Assembly (NCBI GenBank): GCA_964252075.1
Contig: CAXULY010000006.1
Span: 64,001 to 128,000, forward strand
DNA length: 64,000 nt
Source: an uncultured Deinococcaceae bacterium
GTDB lineage: Bacteria; Deinococcota; Deinococci; Deinococcales; Deinococcaceae
Direction of reading: 5' to 3'
A program made the position numbers and the translations under genes. Under the pieces are notes generated by a model. That model was not told the DNA's origin. It saw only the letters and a program-made list of their open reading frames with translations, and did not search any database. Of the stretch, positions 50,793 to 59,550 are shown in pieces. Position 1 is the stretch's first letter; each line of letters begins with the position of its first letter.

Positions 50793-51632
50793 GGGCGGAG
50801 GAGCGCATTTGGCGGTCGTCCCTGAGGCGCCACCACCGGCCCGACTTCACCCGTCACGCTTTAAAGACCCTGGGCGGGACGTGCACCCGGACGACGAACC
50901 ACCGTGGAACCTAGGGCATCAACAGGTACATCAGGCCCAGCACGCCCAAGGTGGTCACGCGCAACAGCAAGGCGCTCCAGCAGAAACGCATCAATCAGCA
51001 GGTTGACCGTAGGGCGGCAGGATGCTGAGTGTCTGCTGGGCGCGCAATGGGCTTCCGAAGGGGGGCGTTGTGAACCAGGGTGCCTATTCCGTCTGGTCGT
51101 CGTGGCGGGGCAGGGCGATCAGACGGCGCTTCAATCGGCCCGTTGGGGGCGCTGCTCCCACCGCTGGTCCTGCTGGTCACGGGCCGTGCCCACGGTCAGC
51201 ACGTCCTCACCGGAGTCTACCGAGGCCGGGCGGGTCAGGTCGGCCGCAGGGTGACCGTCGCAAGCGCGCGGCGGCACGACGGCTGCGCGTCACCCACCGT
51301 CCGGAGTGCAGCGCCTGCCTGGGCCGGTCGCGGCAGGCGGTCGCCCCGGTGACGGGCTCACCCTGCGGGATTCGGGGCCACACCGGAGAGGCCGTGAGGC
51401 GCCACCGTTTTCCTGGCGGCGGGGGACCGCCGGATTGATGGTGGGTAGGCACATCGGGCGCCTGGTGGTGCGGGCGACCCATCCATTCCCTGCCGTGCTG
51501 TTCCATGTAGCGCCCACCGCAGGGCCGGGGTGATGTGGTGTGCCAGGTGGGACTGGACCGCGGGTTCCGCTGTGCCAGCAGGCCGTTCGAGCATGGGCGC
51601 CGCACGGCCACCGCTCGGGTCGGACGCCCGCC

Positions 51633-52583
51633 TCACTCCAGCAGCCGCCGCGCCGTCGCCAGGAAGGGAGCGCCCAGGGGCGCCAGCCCGTGGTGCATCA
51701 GGTACAGCCCAGTCGAGACGCGCTCCAGGTACCCCCACTGCCAGATCGCGTCGGCGTCGGTGCCCGTCTCCCGCGCGAGTTGCGCGCACCACCCCTGCAC
51801 CTCGGCGGGCGCGTCACCCACGCCCTCCAGGAGGGTATTCCACTCCCGGATGGCCACGCCCAGGTCGTACTCCGGCTCGCACAGGAAGCCCTCGGGGTCC
51901 ACGAAGACGTACCCCAGGTCCGCGCCGGACCGCGGTCGTTCAACGCGCAGCAGGTTGACGGCGTGTGCGTCGCCGTGCACCACCACCTGGCGGCGGGCGT
52001 CGCGCGCCGCGAAGCGCTCCCGCGCGTACAGGAGGGCCTGCGCCACCACCGCCGCTGGGGCCGCGTCGGGGTGCTCGGCGGCAAGTTGGGACACCAGGGC
52101 GGACAGCCCCGCCGCCTGGTGCTCCGCGGCACCCCGCGCGGCCGTCAGGCCCCCTCGCGGGACTTCCCAGGCGAGTGCCAGCGCGCCCGACAGCCGGGTC
52201 AGCACATCCGGCACCCGGTCGAGGGACGCTTCGGCGGACGGCCCGAGCGCCTCCATCAGCAGCGCCCCGCGGGTCAGGTCGTGGGCCAGCACCTGAACGT
52301 AACCCCGGCCGCGCGCCGCCAGTAGGACCGCGAGCTGGGTGGTGAGGCTCGGTTCCGGCAACGCGACTTTCAGGACCGCGGGTTGTCCCGCTCGGGTGGT
52401 GACGCGGCAGACATAGGAGCGGCTCCCGCCGGTCAGCCGATCGCCGCGCTCGAGGCCCCACTCGCGGCACAGCTGAGGCACCAGGGTGGGCAGCGTCGCC
52501 AGCCACCGGCGGCCGACACCCCCCTGGTGTTCCGCAAAGGTCTGCACCTGCGGCTGAACGGTGATGGGTTCTCGCGCGGCCAT
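51633..52583 (-). CDS. Aminoglycoside/hydroxyurea phosphotransferase (APH(6)-like)
   Basis: AVLKV, LLME, HGDAHAVNLL, FVDPEG..EPEYD; TAAGGT-N7-ATG start. Confidence 0.8.
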   Translation of the reverse strand: MAAREPITVQPQVQTFAEHQGGVGRRWLATLPTLVPQLCREWGLERGDRLTGGSRSYVCRVTTRAGQPAVLKVALPEPSLTTQLAVLLAARGRGYVQVLAHDLTRGALLMEALGPSAEASLDRVPDVLTRLSGALALAWEVPRGGLTAARGAAEHQAAGLSALVSQLAAEHPDAAPAAVVAQALLYARERFAARDARRQVVVHGDAHAVNLLRVERPRSGADLGYVFVDPEGFLCEPEYDLGVAIREWNTLLEGVGDAPAEVQGWCAQLARETGTDADAIWQWGYLERVSTGLYLMHHGLAPLGAPFLATARRLLE

Positions 52584-52812
52584 GACGCCGACCTTACCAC
52601 TCGTTTGATGTCGTCGTGGTCTTCGAAGGACTGCCCGCCCCGGGCTTGACCAGAGGGGACGATGTGGTCGGGCGTGATGGCCCGCGGACTGGGGGCGCTT
52701 CAAGGCTTGCTGAGTGCGTGTGGTCACGCTGGTGGCGCCACTCCCGGTACCCAGGCGCCCCTATTCAACGATCAGGGCGCTGCAGCAACGCAGCGCCCTG
52801 ATCGCCGGGGGT

Positions 52813-54060
52813 TTACCGGCGGGTTTTGCTTCTGCTGCGGTCGTAGGCCTGGCTAAGGGCGCGCTTGCGCAGGCCCGCGTCGTCGCCCGCGTGGAGGTCG
52901 GCGCTCAGGGCGTCCAGCTCGGCGAGGTCGGCGGCGCTGCTTGCACTCATGGGCGCGGCGGCCACCAGGGTCCTCGCCTGACTCAGGCTCACTTCGGCGC
53001 GCTGGCGGTCCCCGCGGTCGAGAGCGGCGATGGTCTCCCGCCGCAGGCGCGCCGCGTCCAGCGCCGTCACGACCTCCTGCACGCCAGGGTCGTTCGGCAG
53101 GGCGGTGTGCGCGGCGGCGTCCAGCACGGGGAGGTTCAGTTGCGCGCGCAGGGTGTGGCGGCCGCGCGCGTCACTCCACGCCAGCCGCGCGCGCATCACG
53201 CCGATGGGCGCGCCGCGGACCGCGAGGGCCGGGACGCGGAGGGTCGCGATCACGTCGATCGGCTGGCCGTCCAGCAGGTTCGGGAGGTGCCAGCGCCCGT
53301 GGGCGTTGCGTTCCAGGTCGTTCAGCACGCCCAGCGCCTGCACCCCGAACTCCGGGTTGGGTTCCACGCCGAGGCTCACGGTGCGTCCGGTGGTGCGGCC
53401 CAGGCCCTGGAGTTCCGCCTCGAAGAAGCTGGGGAGTTTGGCGGGGTCCTCGACGTGCTCGAAGTTTCCGTCTCCGGCGTTGGCGACGCCGAGCAGCAGG
53501 TCCTCGTCGTAGTGCGTGCCCAGGCCGATGGCGCTGGTGCTGACGCCGCGCTCGGCGAGGCCCCGCACCTGCGGCGCGATGTCGGTGAGGCGCTGGAGGC
53601 CGACGTTCGCCTGCCCGTCGGTGAGCAGGATCACGCGGTTCAGCGCGCCGGGCTGCAGGTGCGTGGCGACCTCGGTGGCGCCCGCGAACCAGCCCGCGTG
53701 CAGCGCCGTGCTGCCGCCGGAGTCAATGCCGGCGAGGGCGGTGAGGATGCCCGCCGGGTCGGTCACGAACTGCGATGGGACGAGCACGTCCACGTGGTCG
53801 TCGAAGGTCACGATGCTGACGCGGTCCTGCGGGTGGAGCTGGCGCACGGCGGCCTGGGCGGCCTCGCGGGCCATGTGCAGGGGGTGCCCGGCCATGCTGC
53901 CGCTGCGGTCGATGACGAGCGCCAGGTTGAGGGGTGGGCGGGGGCGCTGCGCCTGGCTGGCGGTCGGGGCGTGCACGCGGATCAGCACGGTGAGTTCGGT
54001 GGGCTGGCTGGCGTGCAGGGCGGCGTGCAGGGGGCGCAGTTCGATGCGGGGGTCGGTCAT
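52813..54060 (-). CDS. VWA domain protein (YfbK/CLCA-like)
   Basis: PLNLALVIDRSGSM (MIDAS), GGSTAL, LLTDGQAN; ATGA overlap with upstream gene. Confidence 0.88.
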   Translation of the reverse strand: MTDPRIELRPLHAALHASQPTELTVLIRVHAPTASQAQRPRPPLNLALVIDRSGSMAGHPLHMAREAAQAAVRQLHPQDRVSIVTFDDHVDVLVPSQFVTDPAGILTALAGIDSGGSTALHAGWFAGATEVATHLQPGALNRVILLTDGQANVGLQRLTDIAPQVRGLAERGVSTSAIGLGTHYDEDLLLGVANAGDGNFEHVEDPAKLPSFFEAELQGLGRTTGRTVSLGVEPNPEFGVQALGVLNDLERNAHGRWHLPNLLDGQPIDVIATLRVPALAVRGAPIGVMRARLAWSDARGRHTLRAQLNLPVLDAAAHTALPNDPGVQEVVTALDAARLRRETIAALDRGDRQRAEVSLSQARTLVAAAPMSASSAADLAELDALSADLHAGDDAGLRKRALSQAYDRSRSKTRR

Positions 54061-54674
54061 GGCCTGTCCTTTCTGAGGGCGGCGAGCGCGTCGAGGAGGG
54101 TGCGGGTGAGGGCCTGCTGTTCGGCGGGCGTGCGGGGAAGCTGGGCGTGGCGCTGGACGTGCAGTTCCACGCCGGGCGCGAGCGGGACGCGGGTGTAGGT
54201 GTCGGTGGGGGGCGCGGCTGAGGCGGCGGGCGCGGGGGCAGGTGGGGGCGCGCGGCGGGCGTGCTGGGGTGGGGCGCCCTCTTGCAGGGACGCCAGGAAG
54301 TCCAGGGCGGGGTTGCTGGCTTGAGGTTGGATTTCCAGGCGGCTCTGGCCGACGATGAGGGCGCGCAGGTCGTCGTCCGAGCGGGTCGTGAGGACGCCGT
54401 GCAGCGCCTGGGCGGTGAGGCCTTCGCTCATGAGGCGGCGCAGGGCCAGCACCTGCAAGAGGTGGCGGGCGGTGTAGCGGGCTTCGCGGCCGTACTTCAA
54501 GGGTTCGTCGAGCAGGCCCAGGGAGGTGTAGTGGCGGATCAGGCGGGGGCTGATCTGGTCCTGCGTGCGGCCCGAACGGTCCAGCGGCAGGTGGTGGGGG
54601 AGCAGGGCGTTGACCTGCGCGGCGAGGTCGTCGAGGCTGCCGGTCCACGCGGTCGGCAGGTCATGTCCGGACAT
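54057..54674 (-). CDS. MerR-like HTH regulator
   Basis: SPRLIRHYTSLGLLDEP..GREARY..HLLQ; C-terminal RVPLAPGVELHV. Confidence 0.8.
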   Translation of the reverse strand: MSGHDLPTAWTGSLDDLAAQVNALLPHHLPLDRSGRTQDQISPRLIRHYTSLGLLDEPLKYGREARYTARHLLQVLALRRLMSEGLTAQALHGVLTTRSDDDLRALIVGQSRLEIQPQASNPALDFLASLQEGAPPQHARRAPPPAPAPAASAAPPTDTYTRVPLAPGVELHVQRHAQLPRTPAEQQALTRTLLDALAALRKDRP

Positions 54675-54679
54675 GCCAT

Positions 54680-54708
54680 AGCGTAATCCTGACAACTCAA
54701 GCTGTCAA
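54680..54708 (-). promoter_or_regulatory. Leaderless promoter with dyad operator for the MerR-VWA operon
   Basis: TTGACA-N17-TACGCT-N5-ATG on minus strand; near-perfect palindrome TGACAACTCAAGCTGTCA at 54690-54707. Confidence 0.7.
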
Positions 54709-55000
54709 TATCTACTCGATTGGTCGTAGAGGTGGGACCGCTGTGTTGCCCCAACTGCGATCCCCATGGCCGTTCAGTGACCGTCCAGCCAGGATTCAGC
54801 CCGCCGCTCCAGGTGAGGTTCCGAGAGGTGATGCCGGAGGCGCCCCCTCACGTCCCCGGACCGGACGCTCCCCTCCCCTGCGCCCTCCACCCCGCTCATG
54901 CGGCAGGTCAGCCAGGCGGTGCGCCTCACGGTCGTCCGCGCGGCGCACCGCCTCTGAACGCCCCTCCACCATCTGCCACCCACCACGTTGGGACACGCCC

Positions 55001-55040
55001 GCCGTTCAACTAACGGCAGCTAACGGCCCCCTTTTAACCT
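55001..55040 (+). promoter_or_regulatory. Candidate activator-dependent promoter with direct repeats
   Basis: CTAACGGC x2 (55010-55017, 55020-55027; 10-bp period), 7 bp before TAACCT -10 (55035-55040); no TTGACA. Confidence 0.55.
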
Positions 55041-55102
55041 TCAGACAGCTCGGACGGGAAGACCAGCAGGGACGCCCACCAGAGACCGAAAGGAGGCACG
55101 CC

Positions 55103-55126
55103 GTGACGGAGAAGTGCATCTTCTAA
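55103..55126 (+). CDS. Micropeptide ORF A1: MTEKCIF
   Basis: AAAGGAGG (55089-55096)-N6-GTG ACG GAG AAG TGC ATC TTC TAA. Confidence 0.75.
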   Translation: MTEKCIF

Positions 55127-55182
55127 GCCCGAACCGCCCGCTCCACCCCACCGCCACCGCACGCCCGAAAGGAGGCCCCACC

Positions 55183-55206
55183 ATGACCGAAAAGTGCATC
55201 TTCTGA
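55183..55206 (+). CDS. Micropeptide ORF A2: MTEKCIF
   Basis: AAAGGAGG (55168-55175)-N7-ATG ACC GAA AAG TGC ATC TTC TGA; differs from A1 only at synonymous/start/stop positions. Confidence 0.78.
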   Translation: MTEKCIF

Positions 55207-55256
55207 GCCGCGCCCACCCCGCACCTCGCCCCTCACCGCAGGAAAGGAGGACCGCC

Positions 55257-55292
55257 ATGAACGACGTCATCGTCTTCGTCATCGTGTTCTGA
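55257..55292 (+). CDS. Micropeptide ORF B: MNDVIVFVIVF
   Basis: AAAGGAGG (55243-55250)-N6-ATG AAC GAC GTC ATC GTC TTC GTC ATC GTG TTC TGA. Confidence 0.75.
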   Translation: MNDVIVFVIVF

Positions 55293-55309
55293 ACCCACCG
55301 CCCCGCCCA

Positions 55310-55337
55310 CAGCGCGGTTCCTCTGAGGACCGCGCTG
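55310..55337 (+). terminator. Hairpin between micropeptide ORFs and MFS gene
   Basis: CAGCGCGGTTC-ctctga-GGACCGCGCTG (11 bp with one G-U); only a weak U-tract. Confidence 0.6.
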
Positions 55338-55359
55338 CCCTTCTGACAAGGACCCCGCC

Positions 55360-56655
55360 ATGACCAGCGCCCCGCCCAGCCGCGTTTCCCCCCTCGCCGT
55401 GTTCCGCCACCGCACCTTCACCCGCCTGTGGCTCGCCCAGTTCGTCTCGCAGTTCGGCTCCGGCCTCACCACCGTGGCCGCCGGCCTGATGGTGTACCGC
55501 CAGACGGGCTCGGCCCTCAGCGTGGGCCTCATGCTGGCCGTCACGGTGCTGCCCAGCCTCGCGCTGGGCCTGCTGGCGGGCGCGGTGGTGGACCGGGTGG
55601 ACCGCCGCCGCCTGATGATCGCGGCGGACGTGGCGCGCGCGGCCCTGATCGCGCTGATTCCGCTGCTCAGCCCGCACGGCCTGGGGTGGCTGTACGCGCT
55701 GGTGCTGTGCGCGGGCGTGGCCAGCCAGTTCTTCGAGCCGGCCTTCGAGTCCGCGCTGCCCGAGACGGCGCCCGAGGCGGAACTGGACGCCGCGAACACC
55801 TTCATGACGGTGAGCAGCACCGGCGCCTGGGCGCTGGGCTTCGGGGTGGCGGGCCTGATCGCGTCGGCCTCGCTGCCCTTCGCGTTCGTGCTGGACGCCC
55901 TGACCTTCGCGGCGTCGGCGGCGCTGCTGTGGCGCGTGCGGCTGGCCCCACCGGAGCGCGCGGACGGGGCTTTCTCGGTGCGCGCGGCGGCGCAGGACGT
56001 GCGGGCGGGCCTGACGCTGGTGCGCGGCCAGCCGGCGCTGCGCTCGCTGTTCGCCACGACCGCCCCGGTGCTGCTGTTGTTCGGCCTGATCAACGCGCTG
56101 CTGCTGCCCTTCACGATGCGCGCGCTGCACGCGGACAGCGCCGCCTACGGCCTGCTGGAGAGCGTCTCGGTGGTGGGGAACGTCGCGGGCAGCCTGCTGC
56201 TGGTCGCGGTGGTGCGCCGCCTGCAGCCCGGCCAGTGGATGGCGATCAGCCTGCTGGGCCTGGGCGCCTTTCAGGGCCTGCTGGGCCTGCTACACCACGT
56301 GCCGGGCGCGCTGCTGTGCCTGCTGATCTCGGGGCTGTTCAACGCGCCTTTGGTGTACGCCCGGCGCACCATCGTGCAGCGCGAGGTGGCGCGCGAGCTG
56401 CGGGGCCGCGTGGGCAGCGCGCTGTTCGTGCTGCGCGACGTGGCGCTGGTGGGCGGCGCGCTCCTGGCGGGCCTGGCGGACGTCATGGACGTGCGGGTGT
56501 TGATGCTCGCGTGCGGCGCGCTGCTGGTGCTCATGGCGCTGGTGACGGCGCGCCTGCCCGGCCTGCGCGGGGCGCGCGGCGACTGGCGGCGCGCCCTGGC
56601 GGGCTTCCGGCTGGGGCGCGCCTCACCTGAGGCTGCGGTGCCCGACACCCACTGA
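55360..56655 (+). CDS. MFS exporter (DHA3/MFS_3-like)
   Basis: FRHRTFTRLWLAQFVSQFG, GAVVDRVDRRRLMIAAD motif A, ELRGRV; about 12 hydrophobic segments. Confidence 0.9.
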   Translation: MTSAPPSRVSPLAVFRHRTFTRLWLAQFVSQFGSGLTTVAAGLMVYRQTGSALSVGLMLAVTVLPSLALGLLAGAVVDRVDRRRLMIAADVARAALIALIPLLSPHGLGWLYALVLCAGVASQFFEPAFESALPETAPEAELDAANTFMTVSSTGAWALGFGVAGLIASASLPFAFVLDALTFAASAALLWRVRLAPPERADGAFSVRAAAQDVRAGLTLVRGQPALRSLFATTAPVLLLFGLINALLLPFTMRALHADSAAYGLLESVSVVGNVAGSLLLVAVVRRLQPGQWMAISLLGLGAFQGLLGLLHHVPGALLCLLISGLFNAPLVYARRTIVQREVARELRGRVGSALFVLRDVALVGGALLAGLADVMDVRVLMLACGALLVLMALVTARLPGLRGARGDWRRALAGFRLGRASPEAAVPDTH

Positions 56656-59550
56656 GGGCGGGTCGCCGCCCGAGCGGGCCACGGCCAGGGCCGCGCCGAG
56701 GGGCGCGGCCCGGCCGTGTCGGTACTGCGCCTCGCCGAGCGGCCCGCACTGCTGGCGGGCCTCCTCGACGTGGTTGTGCTCGAACCCCAGGGGCGGCACG
56801 CCCAGCGCCTCCAGCAGCGCGTCGGCCGCGCCCGCCAGGTAGAGGCAGCGGGCGGGCTGGCCTTCCACGGCGGCGAGTTTCGCGAATTCCGTCAGGGAGG
56901 CCGCCACGCCCCGCTGGCGGCCCAGCTGGTGGAACACCTCCAGCGCCTCCGTGAGTTGCGCGCGCCCGGCGTCCAGCGCGCCGTCGTTGATGTTCTGGTC
57001 GGCGAGGTTGAAGAGCGAGTTGGCGATGCCCTGCCGGTCCCCGAGTTCGCGCTTGATGGCGAGGCTCTGCTCCGTGAGGCGGCGGTACTCCGGGCCGGGG
57101 TCGAGGGTGTTCGCGAGGTTCCCCAGCGCGTATGAGACCCCCTGGCGGTCGCCCAGCGCCTCCTTGAGGGCCAGGCTCTCCTCGAACAGCGGGCGCGCCC
57201 GGTCGAAGTCGTTCTGGTAGGCCAGCGTGACGCCCAGGTCGTTGAGGGTGGCGGACAGCGCCCAGCGGTCCGGGGGGTTGGCCGCGCGCCGCAGCGTGAG
57301 CGCCGCCTCCAGGTGGGCGAGCGCGGCGTCCAGTTCCCCGCGCTCGCGGTGGTTCAGGCCCAGGCCGTGCAGGGCGCTCGCCTCGGTGGCCGGGGTGGCG
57401 CCCTGCACGGCGGCGTCCAGGCCCGCGGTGAGCAGGCGCTGCGCGTCGGCGTACGCCCCCAGGTCGCGCGCGAGGCCGCCCGCCGCGATGAGCGCCTCGG
57501 TTCGCCGGGGCCCGGAGGCGCCCGGCCGCTCGCTGGCGGCCCGCAGGCCCGCGTGGCCCTCGCGCAGGTGACCGCGCACGTACCAGTACCAGTGCAGCCC
57601 GACCGCCATGTCCAGCGCGGCGTGCGCCTCCCCGTGCGTCAGGAGCCACCTGAGGGCTTCGCTGAGGTTCTCGTGCTCGGCCTGCAGGCGGTCCATCCAC
57701 GCGCCCTGCTCCGGGCCGCGCAGGTGCGGCTCCGCCTGCGCCACCAGCGCGGCGTACTGCGCGGCGTGCGCGGCGCGCACCTCCGCCTCCCGCGCGGGCG
57801 ACTGCGCGAGGTGCTGCGCGGCGTACTGGCGGATCACCTCGTGCATCGCGTGTCGGCCGCCACGGTCGCGGCGCACCATGGACTGGTCCGCCAGCGTCAG
57901 CAGCGTGCGCAGGGGCGCGCCCGTGACGGCCGTGGCCGCCGCGCGCTCGAAGCCCCCGCGGAACACCGACAGGGCCGCGAGCGTCCGCCGCTCACCGGGG
58001 CCCAGCAGGCGCCAGGACGCCTCGAACGCCGCGGCGAGGCTACGGTGCCGCTCCGGGCGGTCTGGCGCGTCGCCCTCCACCACGTCCAGGTCGCGGGCGA
58101 GTTCGTCCGCCAGGTCCGATGGCTCGAAGGTGCCCAGCCACGCCGCGGCGAGCTCCAGCGCGAGGGGCAGGCCCTCCGTCAGCTGGCACAGGCGCAGCAG
58201 GCCCAGCAGGTTGTCCTCCTGCAGCGCGAAGCCGGGGCGGGCGCGGCCGCCGCGCTCCACCAGCAGCCGGATCGCGCCCGAGCGGGCCGCCTGCTCCAGC
58301 GAGGTGCCCGCCGGGTAATCCAGGCCGCCCAGCGGCATCACCCACTCCGCCGCCAGGCCCAGGCGGATGCGGGACGTGACCAGCAGCTGCAGGTCCGGCG
58401 CGCCGTCCAGCAGCGCCACCAGCAGCTGCAGCAGGGCCGCGCGCTCCTCGCCCTGCTGCAGCTGCTCCAGGTTGTCCAGCACCAGCAGGGTGGGGGCCGC
58501 CCGCAGGGCCGCGATCACCTGCGCGTCCGGCGGCTGCATCGCGCTCAACTTCAGGTCTAGGGCGGCCGCCAGCGCGGCGGGCAGCTCGTCCGCGCGGGTG
58601 GCGGCGGCGAGCGGCACGAACACCGCCCGCGCGCCGCCCGCCTCCGCGTGATGGCGCAGGGCCTCCTGCGACAGGCGCGTCTTGCCCGCACCGCCCGGCC
58701 CGGTGAGGGTCAGCAGGCGGCAGGTGGGCTGGCGCAGCTGGTCCAGCAGCCACTCCAGTTCCGCCCGCCGCCCGAACAGCGGCCCCAGCGCGGGCCCCGC
58801 CGGGCGCGACGCGGGCGCGTCGACGGGCAGCGGCGCCGCGTGCGCCAGGCGCTCCTTCAGCTCGCCGTACAGGCGGGTGGTGGCCGCGCCGGGCTCCACG
58901 CCCATATCCAGGCGCAACTGCGTCCGGAAGCGCTCGTACGTGAGCGCGAGCGCGTCCGCCCGGCCCAGCTGGGCGGCGCAGCGCAGCGCGGCCTGCACCG
59001 CCTCCTCCGCGTAGGGGCTGTGCTGCAGCAGCTGCTCCAGGCTGGCGAGCGCCTCCGCGGGCCGCCCCGCCGCCTCCAGCAGGGTCGCCTGACCCAGCAG
59101 CGCGTCCAGCCACGCGCCGTGCAGCTCCTCGCGCTCGTCGTCGAGCCACACCTCGAACTCCGGCAGGCCCACGGGCCGCGCGCCGTCCAGCAGCGCGCCG
59201 CGGTGCAGGGTCAGGGCGGTCGCCCAGTCGCCCGCCGCGCACGCGCGCCGGAAGTCCCGCACGTCCACGCCACCCACCCAGCGCAGGTGCCCGCCCGTGG
59301 CGTCCAGGCCCGCGCCCCACGGCTGGTGACGCAGGCGGTGCAGCAGGTTGCGCAGGCGGTTGCGCGCCGCGCCCTCCTCCACGTCCGGGTACAGGCACGC
59401 CAGCACGTCCTCGCGCGCGACAGGCTCCGCGTGACCGGCCACGAAGGCGGCGAGCCACAACGGCGCCTCCAGCGGCAGGGGCTCCAGCGTCTCCTGCAGC
59501 CACGCCGCGGGCGGCCCCAGCAACGCGAGCCGCGGGGGAACGTCACTCAC
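56623..59550 (-). CDS. SARP/AfsR-like regulator: wHTH-BTAD, NB-ARC/STAND ATPase, TPR repeats
   Basis: RLALLGPP..ARNRLRNLLHRLR, BTAD (PYAEEA..LGVEPG-like), GPGGAGKTRL, LLVLDNLE, GLPLALELAA, MHEVIRQYA, TPRs (LNDLG..ARPLFEESLALKEALGDRQG); GTG start approximate. Confidence 0.88.
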   Translation of the reverse strand: MSDVPPRLALLGPPAAWLQETLEPLPLEAPLWLAAFVAGHAEPVAREDVLACLYPDVEEGAARNRLRNLLHRLRHQPWGAGLDATGGHLRWVGGVDVRDFRRACAAGDWATALTLHRGALLDGARPVGLPEFEVWLDDEREELHGAWLDALLGQATLLEAAGRPAEALASLEQLLQHSPYAEEAVQAALRCAAQLGRADALALTYERFRTQLRLDMGVEPGAATTRLYGELKERLAHAAPLPVDAPASRPAGPALGPLFGRRAELEWLLDQLRQPTCRLLTLTGPGGAGKTRLSQEALRHHAEAGGARAVFVPLAAATRADELPAALAAALDLKLSAMQPPDAQVIAALRAAPTLLVLDNLEQLQQGEERAALLQLLVALLDGAPDLQLLVTSRIRLGLAAEWVMPLGGLDYPAGTSLEQAARSGAIRLLVERGGRARPGFALQEDNLLGLLRLCQLTEGLPLALELAAAWLGTFEPSDLADELARDLDVVEGDAPDRPERHRSLAAAFEASWRLLGPGERRTLAALSVFRGGFERAAATAVTGAPLRTLLTLADQSMVRRDRGGRHAMHEVIRQYAAQHLAQSPAREAEVRAAHAAQYAALVAQAEPHLRGPEQGAWMDRLQAEHENLSEALRWLLTHGEAHAALDMAVGLHWYWYVRGHLREGHAGLRAASERPGASGPRRTEALIAAGGLARDLGAYADAQRLLTAGLDAAVQGATPATEASALHGLGLNHRERGELDAALAHLEAALTLRRAANPPDRWALSATLNDLGVTLAYQNDFDRARPLFEESLALKEALGDRQGVSYALGNLANTLDPGPEYRRLTEQSLAIKRELGDRQGIANSLFNLADQNINDGALDAGRAQLTEALEVFHQLGRQRGVAASLTEFAKLAAVEGQPARCLYLAGAADALLEALGVPPLGFEHNHVEEARQQCGPLGEAQYRHGRAAPLGAALAVARSGGDPPSVGVGHRSLR

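Noticed and set aside
51633..52583. Acquired streptomycin resistance gene strB/aph(6)
   Set aside because: Only family-level motifs and no mobile context; activity cannot be inferred
54743..55126. 127-aa ORF ending in ...AVTEKCIF as a precursor of the peptide
   Set aside because: Low-complexity upstream sequence, no RBS, spans the predicted promoter; an internal SD+GTG and the stand-alone second copy explain it better
55103..55206. agr-type thiolactone AIP
   Set aside because: Cys is third from the C-terminus rather than fifth, there is no leader or tail, and no AgrB/AgrC is in the window
55081..55300. CRISPR-like or ncRNA repeat array (74-80 bp period)
   Set aside because: The repeated part is SD plus a coding unit with synonymous changes; only three units, no constant repeat, no cas genes
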